From: Flectonema sp. DT1601
Taxonomy: Eukaryota
Reading direction: 5' to 3'
Assembly: GCA_964019425.1 (NCBI GenBank)
Contig: OZ025785.1
Coordinates: 1,116,001-1,180,000 of the forward strand
DNA length: 64,000 nucleotides
Translations under genes and position numbers: made by a program
In this document: piece after piece, positions 1 through 11,993 of the stretch
How positions within the stretch are numbered: the first letter of the stretch is position 1
Layout: each line of letters begins with the position of its first letter
Notes under the pieces: model-generated
What the model saw: the letters and a program-made list of their open reading frames with translations, nothing else
Database searches by the model: none
What the model was told of the DNA's origin: nothing

Positions 1-3000
1 GTACAACGTCAACCCGGAGGGTTTCGTGGGTGATTTGAACACGCATTTGGTGAGCCAGTTCACGAGCAGCGCCCAGAAGGACCAGTCGCTCGGTGCGAAC
101 GACTTCGCGACCGGGGGGGGAGTGGCGTCGTTGTCTGGGTTGTACGTCGACAACGAGTTCCTGAGGGACGCGTCCGGCGAGGAAGGATTCATTTGGGTGG
201 TCGCTTTCGTGAAGAAGAACTCCGGGAAGGGATGCGATGCCGGGTGCGACCCTCACTTGGAGGGATCGCTTTCGTGCAAAAATGGTGCGGTCCCCCACCC
301 AATATTTGGATGCGTCTCCTACAACTTCGGGCGCATTCTTGTGACGCCTGACAAGTTCGAGAGCTGCCACTTCGTGAAGTTCCCTGGTCCTGACGGCATG
401 ATTGCGGGGTCGAGGTTCGCTGAAGATTTTGAAGTCGTCTTGGCCGACCAGCACGGTCTGAGGATCCACGAGTGGGGGCACACTGACGAGGCGAAGATGA
501 CTGTGGTCGGAAAAGACAGCAAGACGCCTGGGTACGGACTGAATTTGTTCATGGATGCTGTTGGCCTTTCGCCCATCACTTCTCCGAAGGAAACGGAAGC
601 GGGCGGACTTTTTGTAGTTGAAATGGTCGTGGGTGGGTTGGCGGAAAACGGTGGACAATTCTCGAACTTGAATGGGCAAACCGAAGACGAATGGTGGGTT
701 CTTCGGGTGGTGTATGTGAACACCGAGCCAAGGGGTCTTTTAGAGATTTTCAGTAGCGACAAGGATACATTCAGCATCTACGTTCCGTTGCCTGAGGACC
801 TTTGGGTCACTCTTACTGTGTCGGTTGGCACTTCGGAGGTGGCCTTGACTGTGGTGAGCCTCGATGGCAGCAAGACAGCGACTGCTACTGCGGCGTTCGA
901 GTCCAGAATCCCGACGGATGGCATCCAGACGTTGAGACTTTATGAAATGGGTTTCTCGTCGCTTCGCGTGACTTCCGGAAGCACAGCTTACCTGGGAGTC
1001 ACCGTTCTGAGCGATGGCGACATTGAATCGAGCGGTGGGTATTACAACGTCGTTGGACCTGTGAACAGGGATCTCCTGGTGATCGAAGGTTCAGTGGCTG
1101 CGGTGACGCAGTCGGTTGGGTTGCCGGGGGACTGCTTCCCGGATTCGGCGGTGACCGGAAGCGACATCCTGACGTACACGACACCTGATTCTTGCATCAA
1201 GAGCCGAAAGGATTACAAGGTAACATGGATGAACAACTGGTACACGAAGACCGGAAAGGTGACTGTGAAGTTCTCGCTGAGGGACGTGACGTGTCAGACG
1301 TCGTTCGACGTGAGGGCCGGTCCGGCGCACCGCCTTCGATGCAAGGACGTGCAGGAGGAGGTCTTCACAAGAGAGCCTTGGCATTCGAGCATCGATGTTG
1401 TCGATGAACACGATAACCTGGTTGAGTGCATCGCTGACTTCCCGGCAACCAACACCGAGGAGGGCGTGTTCGGGGCGAGGTCTTACGACTGCACAGCGTA
1501 CACGGCAACGGTTGCCGTGCACGACGACGTGAGCGGGGATTCCCTGTACCAGGCATCGCAGACGGAGTCGCCGTTCACGAGCATTCCGCAATCGGAGGCC
1601 GCGTTCAGCCCGAGGTACGCCCAGCAGCCGAAGTCTGCGCTCCCGACGGGAGGGGTGAACGGCGTGGCGGACGGGTCGACTTTGGCCGAGTTCGGGGTTG
1701 ACTTCACGCAGGCTACTCCGGTGTCGACTGAGGGATGGGACGCGCGCTCTCCGACGGGAAGCTGGGCGGTGGGTTCGGAGTCATCGGCGGAGGGAGGGAG
1801 GTACTTCTTCGCATCCTCGGAAACCGAGAGGGCGCTGAACATGAGGTACCTCACGGACGGGAGGTTCGAAAACTTCGACAACCACGGAAACAGGTGTGCC
1901 CGGTCGAGGGATCCACGGGCGGTGTGCAGGTACGGTTCGGACCCGAGTGTGGACGGTTGCTGCAGGCTGCACACGCCTGGGAGAATAGTTCCTGGACGGA
2001 CGTACTCTCTGCAGTTCAGGTACCGAATTGGCGAGGCGGAGAACGTGGACACGGCGCGGGTGACTGTCAGCTTCTGGATGCCGAACAGGCCTCCGGCGGG
2101 GCATCGTCGCATTTCAGAGGGAGTCGTCGAGATCGACGCGGACCAGACCGAGGGATGGGTTCAGGTTGCCAAGCCGTTCTCGTCGCCAAGGCAGGGGTCG
2201 TACGCGGAGATCACCGTCTGGTGTTTCAGAAACGGGGAGGCGGCCCGCTGCGGGGTGAACTTCGACGAGGTAAACCTGGTGTTGTTGGAGGAGGAGGAGT
2301 TGGTGTCGCTGACCTACAATTCGGAGCTGCCGAGGCAGACGGGGGGAACTGTGTCGGGGATCACCTGTGGACCGACGAAGGTGAAGACCCGGTTCGTGAG
2401 ACCGGTACCGAGGGAAACCCCGTGCACGGATGCGCTGTCTTGCAACGGCAACGGTTACTGCAACAGGGAGGAGGGATCGACTTGGTCTTGTCCGAGCGAG
2501 TTGGAGGGCCTGTTCGCTCCGTACTGCTGCAGGCGTGCGCTGCAGTACTGCTGTGGGGATCTGATGCGCGACACGGCGGATGCTGAGTTCCGCGCGAGCT
2601 GTGGAAACCGGTTCTGCTCTGGGAATGGGGGACAGTATCCTCTGTCGAGCCCTTGCAGGGAATGCCACGCGGACCCTTTCTTGGGATACTGGGGAGGGAC
2701 GAACTGCGAGAAGTGTGCGGAGGGATACTACGGGGAGAGGTGTCAATACAGGATTTGCAAGATCAACGAGAAGAACGGAAGGGAGTGCTCCGGGCACGGT
2801 CTCTGCCAGACGGACGGGGAGTGCACGTGCTTCGGAGGGATCCAGGGGGACGGATCGTCGGTGGCGCCGGCGCTGCACATCGCGCACGGGATGATCAGCT
2901 TGCCGAAGCCGAGTCCGTCGAGCCAGGGATCGGCGGCTTCGTACGCCTCGTGCAACGACGTCCTGAGCCAGTACAGCAGCCGTGGGTTCGGAGTGCCTGA

Positions 3001-6000
3001 CGAGGGGATCTATTCGATCTCCGAGGGAGAGGGGACGACGGCGAAGTACTTCTGCCGGTTCGTGAAGTCGAGGAGCGGGAAGTGGTTGGGAGGAGCGATG
3101 GTTGGAGGGGCGTGGGTGTCGTCGAGCACGGGCACGATGGCCGGAAACGTCGCTGGGGCGAGGTTCTCGAGCGAGGGACAGTTTGCGCCGCTGGCCGAGT
3201 ACGGGACGCCGGCGTCGGTGATGTTCGCGACGGGATCGGCGTCGTCGGAAGACGTTGGGAGGAGGTGGCTCCAGTCGACCCTGCAGGACGGAGGGGCGGG
3301 CGGGGCTTTCGCTCGCAACCCGCCGAGGACGTGGGACTCGGTGATCTTCGCGACCAACCCAAGCAACCCGAGGGAGCGTCCTTCGTGGATCATGGTCGGG
3401 GCTGCCGAACTCCAGGCGAAGCTCGCGTCGGTGAAGGCGTCTCGGGATCCGATCGCGACTGAGCTGAAGGTGCTGGCGCAGGGGAACTCCAGGACTTCGA
3501 GGAAGAGTGTGTGCGTTTACTCCGAGGGGAGGAGGACGTCGTGCACGAGGGAGGAGGGTGCTCCTGAGAGGTGCATCGAGGGTCCGCCGGTTTTGATCGG
3601 GATCTTCGACAAGTGCGGTGCGGGAAGAGTCGAAGGGTTCCCGATGTGGTTTGGAGAGGGATCGACTGGGAGGACGCAGCAAACGGTGGCTCCTTCGGTG
3701 CGAGTTTTGGTGGTCGCGGGAGCAGGAGGAGTTGACTTCGCTCCTGGGTCCGAGAGATGGGAGCAGGCGAGCGGGGAGCTCCCTCTGCAGACGACTGCTC
3801 GCGCGCCGGCGAGCTTCCGGACCAACGTGGCCGGGGTTGCTGCTCCGGCGAAGCAGTACGTGTGGTCGAAGTGGGACAACGCTCCTGTTCCGTTGGCACT
3901 GACGTTCGGCGCTGCGAGGGTGGAGAGCACGTTCCCTCGCGGTGCGATGTTCAGGGGGCTTCCGTCGACGTTGGCGGAGCTGCGGTCGATCAGCGTGAAC
4001 TTGTTCGCGACGAGCGAGGATTCGGTGAACGTGAAGGTTTGGCTGAAGACTGCCGAAGGGCGGAGGTCGCCGGTCTCGGAGGGGACGTTGGTGAACGGGC
4101 AGATGCAGGTTTCGATCGGGATGGCGCGGTGGTCGAGCGAGAACCACGTGGCGACGGTTCGTGACCTGCCGGGGATCAAGATCTTGGTCGAGTTCAGCGG
4201 AGGAGTCGCGTCGACTGTGTCGTTCAGGGGAGCGATGCTGGAGTTGGGATACACGAGGGTGCCTCCGATTGAGGAGTTCGAGTTCACGGCGATGCTGAAG
4301 CTGGGACACCAGGACCGGATGCTGCCGATGACCATCCTCGATTCGAGCGATGCGGGGGGAGATCGCATCCGGATCGACCTGAACGTCGACCGGGACGGGA
4401 AGCCGCTCGCCGCGGCGGTGCGGGTGCGGGTGACGGATTCGAACCAGGCGACTCTCGAAACGATCACGACGGGGATGCACGTGTTGTTCGCGAACAGGTG
4501 GGTGAGGGTTCGCGTGAACGTGAACATCGGAAGCGGAGAGGTGAGCCTGTCGATTGGGAAGTCGAAGGCGTCGGTGGGCGAAGGCGGGAGCGTGGTGCGG
4601 CTGTGGAAGCAGATCACGTCGACGCAGCTGGTGGCGAACGGGTACCCGGTGATCCGATCGTTCTCGGCGATGAGCAACGGAGTGACCTTCGGAACGACGG
4701 CGTCGCCGTTCATCGGGTTCATCAGAGACCTTGCCCTGACCAAGGGTGGGGCGACCGTGGTGGCTTCGCTCAAGCTGCGGACCGAGGGCGGGGACGAGGG
4801 GGACGCTCCGGCGGGGTGGACGACCACCGAGGGGTCGGCGACTTGGAAGAGCGTTTCGATTCCGAGGGAGGGGACGAGCTACGACGGGGTGATCGCGCGG
4901 GCGGTTCCGGTCGGGTTTGGGTTCTGGGCAGACGGAGTGAGCGGAGAGGAGTGCGACGTGTGCTTGGATGGATTCCATGGACCTGGATGCGACCTTCCGA
5001 ACTGCGTGAGGAACAGCGACTGCAACGGACGCGGTGTCTGTCTTGCGGGAGGACAGTGCGACTGCGTGGACAACTACACGGGAGACCGCTGCACTCGCTG
5101 CGAAGGTCCGCCAGTGAGGGCGGAGCGTGGTGCCGACGGGGTACTGGTTTGCACGACGGGTTGCCCGACGACCTGCGCAGCTGGTGGACGGCTCGTGGCC
5201 GGAGAGTACTTCAACCCGAACCTCATCCTGCCGCCTGTTTCGTGCGTCGGGGAAGGCGGAAGGCCGCTTTGCAAGTCGAAGAACGTGGTGAAGGTCGACG
5301 ATTGCGGATGCCCGATGTCGCCGGAGCGCGAGTGCGTGGGATCGGACGGAAGCGGATGCTGCAACCCGGGGATTGTTCCGGTGTTCAATGCGGCGGTGAT
5401 GTACAACTGCCAGGGATACCCGTCGCAGTACATCACTTGCAAGGATCCGGACACGTGTGGGAAGCTCGGGGCTCCGGCGCCTGTGTGCCTGCCGGGAACG
5501 TCGGGGTCGAGACAATACTCGTCGTGGTGCCACTCGAAGAGGGCCAGCGGTGGTTGCGACGGGCAGCGGCAGCGGTCGAGGGCGGAGGCTGCGACGGCTG
5601 CCGGATGGACGGGAGCGAGGTGGGAGCGATTCGTTTCGAACTGCGCCGGGATCTGCGGAACGGCAACCAACCAGGAAGTCGGAGGCGGATGCTCGTCTTG
5701 TCCGAACGTCGAACCGGACAGGGAGATCGATTGCTCTGGGCAGAACGTGCTTCGCGTGCACGCGCCGGTTCAGAAGATCAAGGAAGACTTCTGCGGGTGC
5801 ACGTCGCCGGAGATTGCGGTGTGCCGTACCTCGGACACGGTCGAGTGGAACACGGCTACCCAGGGACACGTGCGGTGCGGGGCGTGCCCGAACTGGCAGG
5901 CGATCTACGAGGCGAACGCCGGGGAGGCGGAGAGGGCTACGCCGGAAATCGAGATCGACTGCAGGGGATGGCCGGCACCGGAGCTCGTGCAGCTGCCGTG

Positions 6001-9000
6001 CTCGGAACCCGGTTACGATCCGTGCGAGTGCCCGCTTCCGAGGTTCGTTTGCAGGGAAGGGACGGAGGGGAAGTGCGGGGGAGAGTCTGCGGCGTGTCCG
6101 ACGTGGGGTCCTGCTCCGGAGCTGGACTGCAAGGGAGCGTACCCACCGGTTGTGAACCAGGCGGCGGAGCACGTGTGCGGATGCGACTTCCCGAGACCGG
6201 CGGTGTGCAAGGCGGGTAGCGAAGCGCAGGTGCGGTGCCCTGAATCGGGAGACGTTGTCGTGAGTGGCCAAATCACGTTGATCGGGTGTCAGGGTAAGCC
6301 TGTCGCCGGACCTGCGGTGTGGAGACCTGGAAGCTCGAGGTGGCCGTTCACCGGGGCATGCTCTGGCTGCAACACGAAGCTGCCGATCATCAACCAGTGC
6401 AAGCCTGGGAGCCAATGTCCGATTGTGAACGAGTGTCCTGCTGGATCGGATAAGGCGCCGGGGGGAATTGCGTTCGGACAGGCGTGCCCGGAAACCGTGT
6501 ACGAAGACGTCGAGTGCGGGGGAGTGGTGCTGCCGCCGATCGAGTACGGGCAGGATTCGGACTGTTGGTGTGCGCCGACGGTGGTTCAAAGATGCGTGAA
6601 CGACGGTTGCGTCGGAAGCGAGAACGCATGTGCGCCGTACGTGTGCGGGTTGACGAGGTACGCGGAGGCGGTCCCGGGAGACCAGTGCCGCGAGAGTTGC
6701 ACGCAGGATTCGCATTGCATTGAGGGGCATATTTGCGTGGGAAGCGAGTGCGTTGAGGAGGACGCCCCGACTCCGCCGTTGGGAGACTGTCGGGTGGACG
6801 CTTCGATCTGCGAGCCGTACACTTGTGATTTGGTAACCGGCGGGTGCTACCAGGAGTGTTGGTCGGACAAGCACTGTTTGGAGGGAAGCAGCCGCCTTCG
6901 CAACGAGAGCGGATACCGATGCACGTTCCCGACGTTCACGTCGCTGACGCAGGTTCCGAGCTTCTTGGTTCTCGGGGGAAGCGAAGAGGACGGGACCTCC
7001 GGAAGGGCGCAGCCACCTAACCTGTGTGGGTCGTCGGAAGGAGAGGGGGCTCAGACGGTGCCTGGGAGGTGCGTGTGGACGACGATTGATCCGGAGGCTT
7101 GTACCAGCCAGAGCGATCCGCTTTGCGGATTGTACGCGTGCGGGAAGAACAACACGCAGATCTACTTTTCGAATGCGGCGTGCAAGGTGTCGTGCAGCAA
7201 CGATGCGCACTGCAGCAGCGACGCGCACTGCGAGAGGACGACCGGGAAGTGCGTGGCCGGGGCACCGCAGTCTCCGCAGAGCTGCAGCACGAAGGACTAC
7301 GACTACTGCTCGCCGTACGCTTGCGGGAAGCACATTGCGTTGGCTCCGCTGCCGACGGCGACCTGCAAGACCAGCTGCACGCTCAGCGGGCACTGTTTGC
7401 ACTTTTACAAGTGCGTTGGGGGAGAGTGTGTTGCTGGAGACGTGATCAAGGAAAGCTACCAGTCGCCGGACTTGATTCCGGAGGAATGCTACAGCTCGGA
7501 GACGGACATCGTGCGCAGGCCGTACAAGTGTTTGAGGGTTCCGATTCCGCTTGACGGGAACCCGATGGGGAGGGTTGGATACGCGGTTGCACCGTCGGCG
7601 CCGGCACCGGCGGAGAAGACGGCGATCACCTGCGGGAAGCACAGGGACTGCCACCCGTACAGGTGTGGGTCGGGACGCGGGGCGGTTGTGGGAGGACCGT
7701 ACACTTGCAACACCCAATGTGTGGTTTACGACGACTGCGCTGAGGGTTACTCGTGCGAGGCGCAGAGGTGCGTGCAGCTGAGGGCCCCTGCGGCGCAGTG
7801 CGCGCTGGACAGGGATTGCGCATCGGGTCACTGTGTCGATGGAATCTGTTGCAACACGGCGTGCAACTTGCCGTGTCAGAGATGCACGAACATGGGTGTG
7901 TGCGGATGGGTTGACGTGGGTACCGATGACCGCAACGACTGCGGAAGCTGCCGCACCTGCGTCGCGTTCTCCGAGTCCGGTTCGGATGTGAAGAGGGAGT
8001 GTGCCGCTGTCGTCGAGGGTCTCAGTCCGAAGAGTGAGTGCGGTGCGATGGGCACCTGCGATGGAAATGAAGGGTGCAGGTGCTTCAGGAGCTCGGAGAC
8101 TGGGTTCTGGTCGGGAGACAAGTGCCAGTACTGCGCCAAGGGCTACCGTGGAAGGTCGTGTACGAAATCGGATGCTCCGCTGAGGCCACCGACGCCGGTT
8201 GCGGACGGAACGCCAACGCAATCGCCTGCCATGCAACTGGAGCTTCGTTCTGTTCAATATCCAATTAGGGTGTTGGACTACTCCACACAGGTATCTTCGG
8301 GTAATGTTAACAACTTGATTGGTGAACCGGACGCTGTGGAGTCTGCTTATTTCCAGAAAGAAGAGTTAAACAGAAACAGTGCTTGGGAACCGTTTCAGGT
8401 ATGTATTTTTATTTTTATTTTTATTATGTTTTTATTGTTGTTTTATTGTTGTTTTATTTTTTAATTTTTTTGTTGTTTGTTGTACCGACGATGAAGTTAG
8501 AAACGAAACCAAGGGTTTCTTGTTCCTGTTCTTGTTTTTTTGCCCTTTTGTTGGCGTCCCTGTTCTCTTTTGTTCTTGGTATTCTTCGATGACGAAAATA
8601 AAATAAAATGAAATAAAAAAACAGTACCACTGTGACAGACCTGACAACTTCAAGAGAGCTCAATGTCTGCCAACTGAAGAGAGGGAGCTCGGCTGGCGCA
8701 ATGAATTGCAGTACGTGGTGTTGGAGTACGAGAAGGCAATCTACTTGGACCAGGTATGTCTTAATTATTGTATTTTACGATTCTCGTTGTGGACTTGGGA
8801 ATTTTACACGAATTACTTTTTTCCCCCCTCTCCCCTTTTTGCCAGTTTCAAGTTGCTTTCCATTTAATATTAGTATCAAGTTATCCCCCCGTACTCGTTG
8901 TGTGGACAGAATCCAGTTATAATGATTCATGTCTAACTTGTTGCGTGTTAACCCTTGATTTATTTATCCAAGTCCCACCCCCTTTTTTTTTTTTGTTGTT

Positions 9001-10328
9001 GTTGTTGAGTTAACGAAATGAAAACAACACAAAAAATACAGATTTTCGTGTACGAGAATGCAGAACCAGGACAGGTTGTTCAGGTGTTCGCCCAACCAGT
9101 GCAGAAGGGAGCGGATGCCATTGCCGGAGGAGGAGCACCGGGAAGTACGCAGCAGATCAATGGAGTGGTGACGTCGGCGGTGAGGGGGTCGACATTGACA
9201 AACACCGGCAACAAGTTGAGGAACGTGGATGCTGCGGCCAGCACTGCGGCGGCAACTTCGGTAACCAACGGCGCGACGTCAATCAATTCAAACACCAACG
9301 AGTTCGTCGAGATTTGGAGCAGAACCGACCCTCTCTTCTTCGGAGAGCCACGGGCGAGAATCTACGCGCCGTCGACGGACGCAAACCCATTTGCGCGCCC
9401 GACGACTGCGGTGCAAACGGTTTCAGGAAACCAGCAGAGCTCAGTCAATGTGCAGTGGAAGACCAAGGTGGTGAAGTTGGTCATCCAGCCTAGCAGCAAC
9501 AGGAAGTCTCAAATCGACACGGTGGGGATTGTTGGTTTCGCGGTGGCCGGGTTGAGGACCACCGGAGAGTGTCCGGGAGTGGTGACCCTGCAGGAAGACG
9601 GATCGACGAGGCAGGCGGTTTGCAGCGGAAACGGAAGGTGTCGTCCACACGGATGCGAGTGCAACGGAAACTGGGACGGTGCGGATTGCGGTGTGTGCAG
9701 GTTTGGATACATCGGAGAGAATTGCCAGGAGCTTGCACTCCAACCAGTGGATACGGTGAACCTCTGTGCGGTATCGATGTTCGAAGACATCCTCGATTTC
9801 GAGGGCGATGTTCTCGAGCTCCGCTGGTCTATCCAGGACTACGTCTACAGAACAACTCGCGTGATGAGACCTCGTCACTACGGTACGAAGTTCGTGTCGC
9901 CGTTGATCAGTCTTGGACAACACACCCACGTTAGAATTCAGACCGGGTTCTTTGTGATGGACATGCCTAACCACGACGACAGCGGTTTGATGGCGAGGGT
10001 TGCGAGGGTCCGTAGCAGCAACCCAGCGAGGGACCGTACCGAAGCGGAGCGCCAGAGCGAGGGGGAGAGAATCGTTTTCATGAAGAGAGTTCCGTACGCG
10101 ACGGGTATCAACGTTGTTGGTACCGGTAAGGGTGACACTTCTGACCAGATGGATGTCACGACGTCGTGGGAGTCTCCGCAGATTAGTGTCGAGTTTGAGA
10201 TCTGGTCTCCTGACATCGATGCTGCTGATGGTGGCGATCACCGAATGACCATCACCTACTTTGTTGTTCACTCTTGTAATTATCCATCACAGTCTGGTAC
10301 TGAGAGTCCTGATACTGACTTGAACTAG
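1..10328 (+). CDS. 3' part of an upstream tandem copy of the giant M8-like mosaic protein gene (5'-truncated by the window); exons <1..8398, 8625..8753, 9042..10328
   Basis: Open frame from base 2 (TAC AAC GTC...) matches 35123 onward. Donors CAG|GTATGT at 8399 and 8754, acceptors AAACAG| at 8624 and ATACAG| at 9041. Splicing keeps the frame: ...WEPFQ|YHCDRP...IYLDQ|IFVYENAEPG... Stop TAG at 10326-10328. Confidence 0.9.
8399..8624 (+). other. Spliceosomal GT-AG intron (226 nt), copy 1
   Basis: GTATGT...AAAAAAACAG; AT-rich; phase 0; removal joins coding frames. Confidence 0.9.
8754..9041 (+). other. Spliceosomal GT-AG intron (288 nt), copy 1
   Basis: GTATGT...AAAAAATACAG; phase 0; removal restores a continuous discoidin-like motif (LEYEKAIYLDQ|IFVYEN). 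Confidence 0.9.
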
Positions 10329-10532
10329 TGATGATGATATCTGTGATTGTCAATTATTTTTATTTTTGTTTTATTTTAATGAAAAGAAAACGAATAAACA
10401 AAAGAAATTCTGACGTTTGAAATTCACAATCATATTAATGTGACTCTTAGGTAGGATGAGGTTTTCTGTTTGAGATATTTCTCCAGTTCTCGTATCGCTT
10501 ATTTTTATTTTTATTTTTATTTTATTCTTTTG

Positions 10533-10562
10533 CTTATTCTTATTCTTATTCTTATTCTTATT
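10533..10562 (+). repeat. (CTTATT)5 microsatellite
   Basis: Read directly from the sequence. Confidence 0.85.
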
Positions 10563-10931
10563 TTTTTATATTTTTTTTTTATGTTCAAGGGAGGTCAGTG
10601 CTTAAAGAGGTATGAAGACATGTGTGTGATGCCGAAGGAGATTCATCAAATTAATTAACTCGTGAAGCTTATTGTAAGCTTTTTATTTTATTTTGTATTA
10701 TCGACCGTTTTATCACATTTCTCTTGATTGGGAATTACGGCGGGAAGTGCAATATACTTTTAGTTAGTTAGCTTGTTTTTCTTTTTTTTTTTTTTGACTT
10801 CGGTTCGTGTGATTTTTTTTATCAACACATTTGTTGGATTCTTCTTCTTTTGTTTTAAAAGTGCGGACCTCGTTGTGTCGGATTTGCAATGGCAAATCTA
10901 TTTCCCCTTCTACCCTTCACACCAACTCCCC

Positions 10932-10957
10932 CCTTTTTTTTTTTAAAAAAAAAAAGG
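10932..10957. repeat. Perfect 26-bp palindrome CC-T11-A11-GG
   Basis: cc ttttttttttt aaaaaaaaaaa gg read directly. Confidence 0.9.
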
Positions 10958-11993
10958 TTTTGTAATTTATGATACCACCTACTGGGCACATTCATTGCCT
11001 TGTGATTTATTTATCACCGTGAGTGTTGTTTTCATAATTGCCGTTCAAACTGTCTACGCGATTTGATTAGATGACAAAAATGATTTTATACCCAACTGAC
11101 TGACTCTTAACATCAAAGTACTTGTGTGCAGTCCCCACACACGTGTTCGGTTATCTGCAGTCACGTCATTGGGTATCAATCTGAATTGTGTCTGATGGAT
11201 TTCGTTGTAGTTTTCCTTCTCGTGGCCCATTTGAGAATTTTTTCGAACGGGCACGAAGTTCTCTCTTTTTTTGATTGTTCGTTTTCTCCCCCTTCCATCC
11301 CCTCGCTTTCCGAAATCGGAAGTGGTAATGCAGCTGGAGTACATCAGAGCGAGTCCTTTCCTTTTGTCTCTCTTCTCTCTCTCTCACTCTCGGGTGATGA
11401 TTCAACTTACAGCATGTATCCCAATTCCATTTTACTTTTTTTTATTATCATCTTTGATGTCAACTTCATCACTACGTCGCTGGCTGTACCTGCGACTTGT
11501 CGTTCACTTGACGGTGAGTGTGTGTTGCTCATTATTAGAGATACTTTTATCTTTTTATTCAATGCTGAAGGAATTCCTTTTATAATACTTTTGCTTGGCA
11601 AGCTATTCTTCCCCAAAAAAGTATTCCTTCAACAGAATTTATTTATCTCACAGAAATCAGTTTTCTTCTAGTCAACACCTGTGATCGAATCCCATGACCA
11701 ATCCCTTCCCCAACCCAATAGTAGGATCAACCTATTTGACTACGTGTTAACTAATGGTGGGTAGTAGACATTAGTGTTTGAATGCTTCTGATGATTGGAA
11801 CTCGTCAGTCTCAATTTTTTAAATAATAATTTCCCACCCTCAGCAAGAGTAGAAAGGAAAACAGAAAAAAGAAAAAGAAAAATACAGCCCGGTTAGTAGG
11901 TAGAGCCGTATCTACTATTATTTAGCGGGAACTGTGTAGAAGAAGGATCTCTGAAGGGGAAACAAGCAAACAAACAAACAAAAGAACAACAAA

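Larger units (their letters stand above)
1..10420 (+). repeat. Direct repeat copy 1 (matches 35122..45541)
   Basis: ORF-track entries recur at exactly +35,121 (e.g. 319/35440, 9018/44139, 9938/45059). Spot-checked intron homopolymers are equal. Identity ends after TGACGTTTGA at 10420/45541. Confidence 0.97.

Noticed and set aside
26..28. Start of a separate 2,812-aa protein
   Set aside because: An internal GTG. The frame is open from base 2 and matches the middle of the full-length copy.
2114..8257. 2,047-aa minus-strand ORF (and its copy 37235..43378) plus many other Arg-rich antisense or alternate-frame ORFs
   Set aside because: The long ones are in codon register with the real gene and are explained by avoidance of TTA/CTA/TCA and by high GC. 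No recognisable motifs.
8399..8464. Hydrophobic C-terminus VCIFIFIFIMFLLLFYCCFIF as a TM/GPI anchor (also 43520..43585)
   Set aside because: It is read-through into a T-rich intron starting GTATGT, and the spliced product continues a coherent domain. An intron-retention isoform cannot be excluded without RNA data.
9018..10328. Independent 436-aa gene (also 44139..45449)
   Set aside because: Its ATG lies in the A-rich intron end. It is the last exon of the giant gene.
11054..11671. ORFs of 70-180 aa in the spacer as a gene or mobile-element remnant
   Set aside because: Low complexity, no recognisable domain, no terminal repeats seen.
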